A DNA stretch of 32,000 nucleotides from an uncultured Eubacteriales bacterium (GCA_900317375.1 ONGJ01000001.1:69262-101261); one strand, 5' to 3'. Shown: positions 17,185 through 24,496, counted from the stretch's first letter. Numbers and translations are program-made. Notes: generated by a model not told the origin, from the sequence alone.

Positions 17185-17793
17185 TCAAACCATGCTTTTC
17201 AGCACAGCGCGGATAATCTGGTCCGAACTCATGCCCGTCCAATCACCGCTGCGCAGAACGGGAGAAACCTCCGCCGTGCTGTATCCGAGGACGGAAAGCG
17301 CCGCCAGAGCATCGGACATCGCCCTGCTGTCAGCACTGCTGCCCGTCCGGGCGGGAAGAGGTTCACCGGCCGAGGCTGCAAGATTCGGCATCTCGGCGCC
17401 CAGCTTTTCCCGCAGCTCCAAAACGATCCTCTGGGCAATCTTTTTCCCGATGCCCGGGGCTGAGGTAATCGTTTTCAGGTCCTCATTGAACACGGCCATA
17501 ATCAGGGTATCCGTGTTCATGGCGGAAAGCAGCGAAATGGCAGCTTTCGGCCCGACCCCGGAAATGCCGATCAGCAGCTCAAAAAAGCGCTTTTCCTGCA
17601 GGTCGGAAAATCCGTAAAGATCGTAATTGTTCTCCCCGATGGATTCGGAAATGTAGAGCTTCGCCTCCTGGCCACGCTTCAGCGCCGAAACGGTATTCAG
17701 CGAAGTGCTGATGAGAAAACCGATCCCTCCCACATCGAGCACAACACTGTTCTGGCCTGTTTCGTTGATGATACCCGTCAAATAGTAGAACAT
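17185..17793 (-). CDS. ruvA: Holliday junction DNA-binding protein RuvA
   Basis: 202 aa. MFYYLTGII...VVLDVGGIGF, the HhH region LIGISGVGPKAAISLL and APGIGKKIAQRIVLEL. Confidence 0.95.
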   Translation of the reverse strand: MFYYLTGIINETGQNSVVLDVGGIGFLISTSLNTVSALKRGQEAKLYISESIGENNYDLYGFSDLQEKRFFELLIGISGVGPKAAISLLSAMNTDTLIMAVFNEDLKTITSAPGIGKKIAQRIVLELREKLGAEMPNLAASAGEPLPARTGSSADSRAMSDALAALSVLGYSTAEVSPVLRSGDWTGMSSDQIIRAVLKSMV

Positions 17794-18293
17794 GATGTCT
17801 GATCTCCCCTGTTTGTCAAAAGCGAGCCGGAGCTTCTGGCATGACAGATCGCCAGCGCCACAGCATCCGCCGCGTCATCCGGTTTCGGAATATCCTTCAG
17901 ACCGCAGAGCCGCTTAACCATATCCATGACCTGGTGCTTTTCCGCTTTCCCGTAGCCGGTTACCGCCTGCTTTACCTGCATCGGCGTATACTCATAGATC
18001 GGAACGCCGGCGCGCTCGCAGGCCAGCAGAACAGCCCCCCGCCCGTGAGCAACCGCGATGCCGGTCGTGATATTCCTGTCAAAAAAAAGCTCTTCCACCG
18101 AAACGGCATCCGGCGAAAAAAGCCGAATCAGTTCTCCGGTGTCTTCATAAATCCGGTTCAGTCGCGACGCTAGCCTGGTATGCGCCGGTGTCGTAATCAC
18201 GCCGCAGCGTTCAAGAAGAAAGCGGTTGTTCTGATAATTCAGAATGCTGAAGCCGACCGTTGCGATACCGGGGTCGATTCCCAAAACGCGCAT
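17778..18293 (-). CDS. ruvC: Crossover junction endodeoxyribonuclease RuvC
   Basis: MRVLGIDPGIATVGFSIL and ...KPDDAADAVALAICH are RuvC catalytic motifs. I prefer the ATG at 18293 to the ORF-track start at 18341. The gene overlaps the ruvA start by 16 nt. Confidence 0.9.
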   Translation of the reverse strand: MRVLGIDPGIATVGFSILNYQNNRFLLERCGVITTPAHTRLASRLNRIYEDTGELIRLFSPDAVSVEELFFDRNITTGIAVAHGRGAVLLACERAGVPIYEYTPMQVKQAVTGYGKAEKHQVMDMVKRLCGLKDIPKPDDAADAVALAICHARSSGSLLTNRGDQTSCSTI

Positions 18294-18340
18294 GCTATCA
18301 CTTCCCTGCCGAATTTTAGCATATTTCCCGGCCGGGCGCA

Positions 18341-18374
18341 AGGAAAAGGTAAAACCGGCCCGAAGGCCGGTTTT
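18341..18374 (-). terminator. Intrinsic terminator after xerD
   Basis: The minus-strand RNA reads AAAACCGGCC-UUCG-GGCCGGUUUU, then ACCUUUUCC. The stem starts at the xerD stop codon. The shape is bidirectional. Confidence 0.75.
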
Positions 18375-19258
18375 TACGCGCCGGGATGCGCCTGCCGATA
18401 GACGTCTCTCAGCGAATTCGGTACCAGTTGGGTATAAAACATGGTGGAGGAGATATCGGAATGACCGAGCATCTTCTGCACAGATCGGAGGTCCGCACCG
18501 TTTTCCAGAAGATGGGCGGCAAAGGAATGGCGCAGCATATGCGGCGTGATGTCCTTCTTGATGCCTGCCGTCTGCTGATAATGCTTGACGATCTTCCAGA
18601 AGCCCTGCCGCGACATACGCTCGCCGCCGATATTGACAAACAGGGCGGTTTCATTCTCAGATGAGACCATCTCGGGGCGGACATGCTCGATATACTCCCT
18701 GAGAATGCTCATCGCATAAGGATACATCGGGATGAAGCGCTCGCGGTTCTTGCTGTAGCAGCGAATACTGCAGGCCGAAACCATCACATCTGAAACATTC
18801 AGCGCGATCAGTTCACTGACCCGGATCCCCGTCGCATACATCAGATGCAGCATGGCCTTATCCCGCAGGCCCTTCTTGTCAGAGGCCTTCGGCTGCTGAA
18901 GAAGCGTTTCCACTTCTCTGTTCGTGAGAATCTCGGGCAGCTTATGCTCGCTCTTCCCTGCCGTCAGCGCAGCGGCAGGGTTTTCGGCAATCAGACCGCG
19001 GTCCTTCAGGAAACCGTAAAAACACTTCCAGGAAGCGATATTCCTGGCGGTCGTAGCATTGGACTTCCCCGCTTCGTTCAGATTCTGCAGATAATCCTGC
19101 AAATCTGTTTTCGCAAGTTCGGCCAGAGCCCTGCCTTCAAAATACGATTCCAGCTGACGAAGATCCCGCATATAGGAACTGAGTGTATTCTCAGTGGCGT
19201 TTTTATCCTGAATCAGATACTGCTGAAACAGATTCAGATCGTTTTCCGAATGCGCCAT
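18374..19258 (-). CDS. xerD: Tyrosine recombinase XerD-like
   Basis: 294 aa. N-terminal FQQYLIQDKNATENTLSSYMRDLRQL (XerD-type core-binding domain), GIRVSELI, HMLRHSFAAHLLENGADLRSVQKMLGHSDISSTMFYTQ. Confidence 0.85.
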   Translation of the reverse strand: MAHSENDLNLFQQYLIQDKNATENTLSSYMRDLRQLESYFEGRALAELAKTDLQDYLQNLNEAGKSNATTARNIASWKCFYGFLKDRGLIAENPAAALTAGKSEHKLPEILTNREVETLLQQPKASDKKGLRDKAMLHLMYATGIRVSELIALNVSDVMVSACSIRCYSKNRERFIPMYPYAMSILREYIEHVRPEMVSSENETALFVNIGGERMSRQGFWKIVKHYQQTAGIKKDITPHMLRHSFAAHLLENGADLRSVQKMLGHSDISSTMFYTQLVPNSLRDVYRQAHPGA

Positions 19259-19308
19259 GTTATTCCCTCTTTCAAGCTTGCATCCATAAACAGCAGAGAT
19301 ACAGTTAC

Positions 19309-19337
19309 AATATATTACAAATCAGTCTGTTTTTCAA
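19309..19337 (-). promoter_or_regulatory. Sigma-A-like promoter for xerD
   Basis: The minus strand reads TTGAAA (19337-19332), a 17-nt spacer, then TATATT (19314-19309), about 50 nt upstream of the ATG at 19258. Confidence 0.5.
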
Positions 19338-19361
19338 GCCTTTTCTGCCGCGTCCGGGTTG

Positions 19362-19372
19362 TTATGTAAACA
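19362..19372 (+). repeat. Second copy (10/11) of the dif XerD-arm motif
   Basis: TTATGTAAACa, in direct orientation, starting 124 bp upstream of the TTATGTAAACT at 19486-19496. Confidence 0.5.
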
Positions 19373-19468
19373 ATCTGTTTCTGTTAAACGGTAATTTGTA
19401 GCACTTTTTCACTTGAAATGTCACATATGATGTGTTCTGTCTTCTGATGATCCACAACATCTTGACGA

Positions 19469-19496
19469 CAGAGAAAGTGCTGATATTATGTAAACT
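19469..19496 (+). other. dif-like 28-mer: perfect Firmicutes-type XerD arm, non-canonical XerC-arm position
   Basis: CAGAGAAAGTG-CTGATA-TTATGTAAACT. The last 14 nt (ATATTATGTAAACT) are identical to B. subtilis dif ACTTCCTAGAATATATATTATGTAAACT. The left 11 nt do not resemble known XerC arms. Confidence 0.5.
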
Positions 19497-19506
19497 GAAA
19501 TTTGGT

Positions 19507-19536
19507 AAAAAAATACAGCGCCTTTCGGCGCTGTAT
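19507..19536 (-). terminator. Intrinsic terminator after yajC
   Basis: ATACAGCGCC (19513-19522) / GGCGCTGTAT (19527-19536) with a 4-nt loop. On the minus strand it is followed by U7. Confidence 0.85.
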
Positions 19537-19551
19537 GAAAACGAACTGGTT

Positions 19552-19893
19552 TTATCTCTTCCTTTTTGCCGCTTCGGCCGCTTCCGCGGCTTCCATCTTA
19601 TCGGTGGTAGAGATGGCCCACTTTTTCACCTGAAGACGAACGCGGTCTTCACCGGTTTCAAAGGTGACGGTGTCTTCCGTAATCTGGACAATCTTCCCGG
19701 TGATACCGCCGATGGTGGTGATGCCGTCACCGAGAGACAGCGCACTGCGCATTTCTTCCGTCTTTTTTTTCTTTTTATTTTCCGGCCGGATGATCAGAAA
19801 ATAGAAGATGGCAAACATGGCCACCAGCATGATGATCATGGACATCCCGCCGCCTGCGGCCGGTGCTGCCGCCGTTGTCAAAAACAGGTTCAT
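19552..19893 (-). CDS. yajC: Preprotein translocase subunit YajC
   Basis: 113 aa. A single TM (MSMIIMLVAMFAIFYFLIIRPENKKKK), then GDGITTIGGITGKIV. GGGAGG lies 7 nt before the ATG at 19893. The ORF-track start at 19950 is rejected. Confidence 0.9.
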   Translation of the reverse strand: MNLFLTTAAAPAAGGGMSMIIMLVAMFAIFYFLIIRPENKKKKKTEEMRSALSLGDGITTIGGITGKIVQITEDTVTFETGEDRVRLQVKKWAISTTDKMEAAEAAEAAKRKR

Positions 19894-19921
19894 ATTGTTA
19901 CCTCCCAAAGAAATCGAATGT

Positions 19922-19950
19922 ATTATACAATGCATTGGACCGCTTTGCAA
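19922..19950 (-). promoter_or_regulatory. Sigma-A-like promoter for yajC in the tgt-yajC spacer
   Basis: The minus strand reads TTGCAA (19950-19945), a 17-nt spacer, then consensus TATAAT (19927-19922). Confidence 0.65.
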
Positions 19951-19954
19951 GCGC

Positions 19955-21091
19955 TTAAATACGCTGATCCAGGATTTTTGAATAATTCTTTCTGTATTCT
20001 TCGAAGCAGCCCCGGTCCAGGCTTTCCCGGATTTCCTCCATCATGCGGTTATAGAAGAACAGATTGTGTGTCACGGCAAGGCGCATGGCCAGCATTTCCT
20101 CTGCCTTGAAAAGATGCCTGAGATATGCCCGGGAATAGCGGCGGCAGGCAGGGCAGGAGCAGCCCTCCTCAATCGGCCCCTCGTCCCGGGTGTATTTTTC
20201 GTTTTTTATATTCAGAACACCCTTTTTCGTGAACAGATGCCCGTGCCGTCCGTTTCTCGCCGGCATGACGCAGTCAAAGAAATCGACGCCTCTCGCCACC
20301 GCCTCCAGAATGTTGGAGGGAGTCCCGACCCCCATCAGATATCGCGGCCGGTCGGCCGGCATGTATTCCTCGACCGCCTCGATGGTGTCATACATCTCCT
20401 GATGGCTTTCACCGACGGCGAGGCCGCCGATGGCATAGCCGGGAAGCTCGAGTTCGGCAATCCGCTTCATATTGTCGATACGGATATCGTGAAAAACCGC
20501 CCCCTGATTGATGCCGAAAAGCATCTGCCCGGGATTCACTGCCCCGTCCTCGTCCCGAAAGCGCAGCCAGCTCTCTCTGCAGCGCACAAGCCAGCGTGCT
20601 GTCCGCTCTGCCGAGGCCTCCACATACTTTCTGGGAGAAGGAATCTTGACGCATTCGTCAAAGGCCATGGCGATATCCGAACCGAGATTGGCCTGAACCC
20701 GCATGCTCTCCTCCGGGCCCATGAACAAAAGCCGGCCATCGACATGCGAGTGAAAGCGGACCCCTTCCTCTTTGATCTTGCGAAGACCCGCCAGAGAGAA
20801 AATCTGAAAACCGCCGCTGTCGGTAAGAATCGGTCCGCTCCAGTCCATGAAACGGTGCAGACCGCCGAGATCCCGAATCAGTTCGTCGCCCGGCCGTACA
20901 TGAAGATGATAGGTATTGGACAGGACGACCTGACAGCGCAGATCTGTGAGGTCAGCGGCAGAAAGCGCCCCTTTGATGGCTGCCTGCGTCGCGACATTCA
21001 TGAATACCGGCGTCTGTATCTCTCCATGCGGCGTCTGCAGGGTGCCTCTGCGGGCCTTCCCTTCTGTTTTCAGCAGCTGAAAAGCCGTCAT
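19955..21091 (-). CDS. tgt: tRNA-guanine transglycosylase (queuine tRNA-ribosyltransferase)
   Basis: MTAFQLLKTEGKARRGTLQTPHGEIQTPVFMNV, LTDSGGFQ, GYAIGGLAVGE and the zinc site CSCPACRRYSRAYLRHL. The ATG at 21091 overlaps the deoC stop (ATGA). The ORF-track N-terminal extension lies inside deoC. Confidence 0.95.
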   Translation of the reverse strand: MTAFQLLKTEGKARRGTLQTPHGEIQTPVFMNVATQAAIKGALSAADLTDLRCQVVLSNTYHLHVRPGDELIRDLGGLHRFMDWSGPILTDSGGFQIFSLAGLRKIKEEGVRFHSHVDGRLLFMGPEESMRVQANLGSDIAMAFDECVKIPSPRKYVEASAERTARWLVRCRESWLRFRDEDGAVNPGQMLFGINQGAVFHDIRIDNMKRIAELELPGYAIGGLAVGESHQEMYDTIEAVEEYMPADRPRYLMGVGTPSNILEAVARGVDFFDCVMPARNGRHGHLFTKKGVLNIKNEKYTRDEGPIEEGCSCPACRRYSRAYLRHLFKAEEMLAMRLAVTHNLFFYNRMMEEIRESLDRGCFEEYRKNYSKILDQRI

Positions 21092-21753
21092 TCTGCCGCC
21101 TGTTCCTGCGCCATTGCGAGCTTGACAATCCGACTTGTACCGAGGCGCTCGGCGCCGAGATTCAGAAAGTCTTCCGCATCCTGCAGAGTGGAGATCCCGC
21201 CGGCCGCTTTCACCTTTACCTGAGGCGGACAATGCTCGCGCATCAGACGGACATCCTCGCGTGTGGCACCGCCTTTGGAAAAGCCCGTAGAGGTCTTGAT
21301 GAAGTCTGCCCCGCATTCCGAGACAATCTCGCACAGCCTGACTTTCTCTTCCTCGGTCAGGAGGCAGCATTCGATAATGACCTTCAGAATCCTGCCCTCA
21401 CTGGCTTTGCGGACAGCCAAAATGTCGTTTTTGACCAGGTCCCAGCAGCAGTCCTTGACCATAGAAAGGTTGATCACCATATCCACCTCGTCGGCACCGT
21501 TGCGGATGGCATCGGCGGTTTCAAACGCTTTCACGGCGGTTGTGCAGTATCCGTTCGGAAAACCGATGACCGTGCAGATTTTCAGCCGGTCGCCGACATA
21601 GCGCTTGGCGCCGGCCACATGGCAGGGCGGGATACAGACACTTGCACAGCGGTATTTGATCGCCTGATCACAAAGCTGCATGATTTCCTTTGAGGAAGCA
21701 TCCACACGCAGAAGCGTATGGTCGCAGGTTTTCAGAATCTCTTGAAGTTCCAT
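21088..21753 (-). CDS. deoC: Deoxyribose-phosphate aldolase
   Basis: 221 aa. DHTLL, CIPPCHV, TVIGFPNG, DMVINL, KVIIE and the Schiff-base Lys region FIKTSTGF. Confidence 0.9.
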   Translation of the reverse strand: MELQEILKTCDHTLLRVDASSKEIMQLCDQAIKYRCASVCIPPCHVAGAKRYVGDRLKICTVIGFPNGYCTTAVKAFETADAIRNGADEVDMVINLSMVKDCCWDLVKNDILAVRKASEGRILKVIIECCLLTEEEKVRLCEIVSECGADFIKTSTGFSKGGATREDVRLMREHCPPQVKVKAAGGISTLQDAEDFLNLGAERLGTSRIVKLAMAQEQAAE

Positions 21754-21782
21754 TTCTTTTCTCCCTTCTGACAGATGCTATG

Positions 21783-21811
21783 AGTATACTTCATTTTCCC
21801 TGTCTGTGCAA
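21783..21811 (-). promoter_or_regulatory. Sigma-A-like promoter for the deoC-tgt unit
   Basis: The minus strand reads TTGCAC (21811-21806), a 17-nt spacer, then TATACT (21788-21783). The SD AAGGGAGAA precedes the ATG at 21753. Confidence 0.55.
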
Positions 21812-21878
21812 GTATCTCGGACGAAGTTTCGGAATACGCCCTGCTTTGCCGGCCTTTGGCAGCTGTGCACGAAAACAC

Positions 21879-21906
21879 TTGACAAGAGCGTTTTTTGTGG
21901 TAAAAT
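21879..21906 (+). promoter_or_regulatory. Sigma-A-like promoter for the tRNA genes
   Basis: Consensus TTGACA (21879-21884), a 16-nt spacer, TGg then TAAAAT (21901-21906). tRNA-Gly starts 14 nt downstream. Confidence 0.7.
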
Positions 21907-21919
21907 AGCAGACACCGAC

Positions 21920-21995
21920 GCGGGCATAGCTCATCCGGTAGAGCGCCACCTTGCCAAGGTGGAGGTAGCGAGTTCGAGCCTCGTTGCCCGCTCCA
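21920..21995 (+). tRNA. tRNA-Gly (anticodon GCC), CCA encoded
   Basis: The cloverleaf was folded by hand. Acceptor GCGGGCA/TGCCCGC, D-stem GCTC/GAGC, anticodon stem CCACC/GGTGG with loop TTGCCAA, T-arm GCGAG-TTCGAGC-CTCGT, 3' TCCA. Confidence 0.92.
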
Positions 21996-21997
21996 CA

Positions 21998-22028
21998 CCC
22001 TGCTGCTGCGGCAGCAGGGTTTTTCTTT
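21998..22028 (+). terminator. Strong intrinsic terminator-like hairpin between the two tRNA genes
   Basis: CCCTGCTGC (21998-22006), loop TGCG, GCAGCAGGG (22011-22019), then TTTTTCTTT. It ends 1 nt before tRNA-Leu. Confidence 0.75.
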
Positions 22029-22029
22029 C

Positions 22030-22114
22030 GCGCCTGTGATGGAATTGGTAGACATGCGAGATTTAGGTTCTCGTACAGAAATGTGTGTGGGTTCGAGTCC
22101 CTTCAGGCGCACCA
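22030..22114 (+). tRNA. tRNA-Leu (anticodon TAG), type II with long variable arm, CCA encoded
   Basis: Acceptor GCGCCTG/CAGGCGC, 3-bp D-stem ATG/CAT with a GAATTGGTAGA loop, anticodon stem CGAGA/TCTCG with loop TTTAGGT (G37), and a variable arm. The T-arm GTGGG-TTCGAGT-CCCTT contains a U.U mismatch. Confidence 0.85.
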
Positions 22115-22122
22115 TAGTATTT

Positions 22123-22168
22123 ACCCCTGCCTGATCCAAGGTGTCAGGCAGGGGTATTGTTTTTTTTC
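22123..22168 (+). terminator. Intrinsic terminator after tRNA-Leu
   Basis: ACCCCTGCCTGA (22123-22134) / TCAGGCAGGGGT (22144-22155), followed by ATTGTTTTTTTT. Confidence 0.88.
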
Positions 22169-22181
22169 AGTCCGGGAAGCG

Positions 22182-24479
22182 TTACTGCACTTCATAGACA
22201 TTGAAGATATAGCTTCCCGACTTCGCCAGATGATACATGGTAAAGCGTCCGGAGTAGTATTGGATCGCCGATTGTCCTGCCGCTCCGGCATTGACAAGAT
22301 ACCAGCCGCCGTAGGCCGGCTCAAGTCTCCAACGACTCAGGCTTTCATCCTGGGGCATTGGCTGGATCATCAGGCTTCCTTTTGCCCCGGAAACCAGATA
22401 CCGACCCCCGGCATCGGTAAACTGATACGACCCGTCTGCCATCGCATGTGCCGTAAACACCACGGCATCCTCTGGCAGCGGAGCAGGCAGAACCGCGCCT
22501 ACAGCCGGACATGCGGCGGCGTCCAGCCCTCCATCTGTCGGCCGGGCTGTGAGCATACACTCTTGCGCCTCGTTGTAGATTACATATCTGTTTCCGTTCT
22601 CGGGAAGCGCCGCCAGCTTCGCGCCGACAGTTCCTTCAAAAGCGGGCAGCTCACCGGTTTCGGTGCGGCAGACGATCTGCCAGTGCCAGTCAAAATCAGC
22701 GGGCGTGACAGCGCCGTGTTCCGAGGTGCGCTGCCGGATATACTCCGTGATGATATCCTGGATGGCCTCTCCCTCCGCGTCCGTCAGCTGCGACCAGATT
22801 GCATCGTCTGCGCTGTAGTTCCGCAGCCCGCAGCATTCGTTGCCGAGGACATAATTGTTGACGGCCACAAGGTAGACCCCGTTCTCATCAAAGTCTCTGC
22901 CGTTATGGAAGCCCGAGATCACAACACGCTCACCGGCGGGTTTGGTCATGTCATAGTTGAAATTGACGCCGCCGAAGACGATGTTCGTAAACTGATCGCC
23001 CCGCGCATAGACAAAGGCTTCTCCGTCATGAAAGCGAGCCGTCAGATGGTCAGAGGCGTTTTCCTGCATCACGGCCCTGATCTGCGCTCCCGTCATGGCC
23101 AGCACCAACAGATTGTTGGAAAAGCGATACAGGCTGTACACATCGCGCACCGAGATATCGCCGGGCTGCACCACGTAACCGCCGGCGGCGGCTACCGCAG
23201 TCATTGACATATCCACGTCCGGATGTCCCAGGCCAATTTGGCTGAATGCCTCGGGGACGGCAAGGCCGTATTTCTTTTTGATCCGACGGGTGGTTCCGAC
23301 CATCTGCGCCGCGCTGATAAGGTCGACGGTATCCGTCTGCTCCGTAAAATAGTTATCGTTCATGTCCCAATCCCCGGCTGCCTTGCCCGCCGGCAGGGTG
23401 ACCTCCGCCTCCGCGATGTCCGCATAGGGCTGAAGCTCGGAGCGAAGCACCTCATCCGTCTCGAAGTCAGCGAGTGTCAGGTTCTCCGTACCGACGATCG
23501 TCCAGATCAGTGCGCCGGAAGCATTTTCCGAAAAACGGAAAACGCTCTTCGTCAGCTCCTGCCCGCCGCCGTTGACCACCAGGACCGACTCACCGGCGGC
23601 GTTTACCTCACAGGTGTTGGAGTAGGCCGCGGTGTGGTCGTGTCCGAGAATCAGCAGGGCGATATCGTCCGTCTCCCGAATCAGCCGCAGCCCCTGGTGC
23701 TGAGAATTCACACCGAAGGTCACCGCGCCGTCCGCACTGCCCAAACCGCTGTGACAGGACGCGATGATAAACTCACAGCCTTCGGCCTTCATCCGGTCGA
23801 GGTATTGCCGGACCTCTGCCGAGAGCAGCCATTTGTCATTACCGGGAAAGATAAACTGCAGGCCCGGATAGTTGATCGGCAGATCCCAGCGCGTGATATC
23901 CGTGTTCTCGATGCCCAGTATGCCGATTCTGTGATCGTGCCCGTTTACGGTGATGGTCTTGATCACATAGGGCGTAAAGGCGTTCTCCCCGGCGATGTGT
24001 ACGCCGTCCGACCCATCGTAATACACATTGGCTGCCAGCACAGGTACGCCGCTGTCCTCCAGCCAGTCGTAGACGGCGTTCATGCCCCTCCACTCGTAGT
24101 TGAACTCATGATTGCCGAGCACAAACGCGTCATAGCCGATCCTTGAGAGGCACAGTGCCATGGCAGGCGGCAGGTCGGAGCTGCCGGCAAAGTACTGTAA
24201 GAGCTGTACCTGCGAGACGGGCGTGCCCTGGAACAGATCGCCGTTGTCGATCAGCAGCACGTTATCCGGCCCGAATTCTGCGCGAATCCGGTTGACCGCC
24301 GTGGACACGCGTAGCATGTTGTTTTTTACCGTCGACAATGTCAGCAGGTTGGTGTCCCAGCATTTCCCGTGCATATCCGTCGTGGACAGTATTGCGACAT
24401 CCGTATAAGCACCGTCCGCCTGTCCTTGCTCGGCAAGCACGGAGGGCATCGCCGTCATCCTGTCGACCGTCTGGTTCAT
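22182..24479 (-). CDS. Bifunctional metallophosphatase / 5'-nucleotidase family protein (UshA/CpdB-like) with an uncharacterised C-terminal extension
   Basis: 765 aa. Calcineurin-like motifs are present (STTDMHG, NGDLFQG, GNHEFNY, SCHSG, GHDH), followed by a 5'-nucleotidase C-terminal-type domain and about 170 further residues. No N-terminal signal peptide is visible. Confidence 0.85.
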   Translation of the reverse strand: MNQTVDRMTAMPSVLAEQGQADGAYTDVAILSTTDMHGKCWDTNLLTLSTVKNNMLRVSTAVNRIRAEFGPDNVLLIDNGDLFQGTPVSQVQLLQYFAGSSDLPPAMALCLSRIGYDAFVLGNHEFNYEWRGMNAVYDWLEDSGVPVLAANVYYDGSDGVHIAGENAFTPYVIKTITVNGHDHRIGILGIENTDITRWDLPINYPGLQFIFPGNDKWLLSAEVRQYLDRMKAEGCEFIIASCHSGLGSADGAVTFGVNSQHQGLRLIRETDDIALLILGHDHTAAYSNTCEVNAAGESVLVVNGGGQELTKSVFRFSENASGALIWTIVGTENLTLADFETDEVLRSELQPYADIAEAEVTLPAGKAAGDWDMNDNYFTEQTDTVDLISAAQMVGTTRRIKKKYGLAVPEAFSQIGLGHPDVDMSMTAVAAAGGYVVQPGDISVRDVYSLYRFSNNLLVLAMTGAQIRAVMQENASDHLTARFHDGEAFVYARGDQFTNIVFGGVNFNYDMTKPAGERVVISGFHNGRDFDENGVYLVAVNNYVLGNECCGLRNYSADDAIWSQLTDAEGEAIQDIITEYIRQRTSEHGAVTPADFDWHWQIVCRTETGELPAFEGTVGAKLAALPENGNRYVIYNEAQECMLTARPTDGGLDAAACPAVGAVLPAPLPEDAVVFTAHAMADGSYQFTDAGGRYLVSGAKGSLMIQPMPQDESLSRWRLEPAYGGWYLVNAGAAGQSAIQYYSGRFTMYHLAKSGSYIFNVYEVQ

Positions 24480-24496
24480 TGTGAATCTCCCTTCTC

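Noticed and set aside
16094-17617. 507-aa ORF on the plus strand
   Set aside because: It is entirely antisense to ruvB and ruvA, which carry unmistakable motifs. Its translation is R/G/A/P-rich with no recognisable domain and no SD. This is a typical stop-poor antisense frame of GC-rich coding DNA.
11407-19258. The two tyrosine recombinases as integrases of a prophage or genomic island
   Set aside because: There are no phage, conjugation, transposase or cargo genes. There are no flanking direct repeats or tRNA-attached att sites. Everything between and around them is housekeeping. Both look like Xer-type chromosomal recombinases.
19462-19489. Plus-strand promoter-like TTGACG, 16-nt spacer, TGaTATTAT
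   Set aside because: It would fire antisense into the yajC terminator and gene, with no plus-strand target. Its -10 is simply the AT-rich core of the dif-like motif, so the match is probably incidental. It cannot be excluded as an antisense promoter.
21732-22139. 135-aa minus-strand ORF
   Set aside because: It spans both tRNA genes and their terminators on the opposite strand, so it is an artefact.
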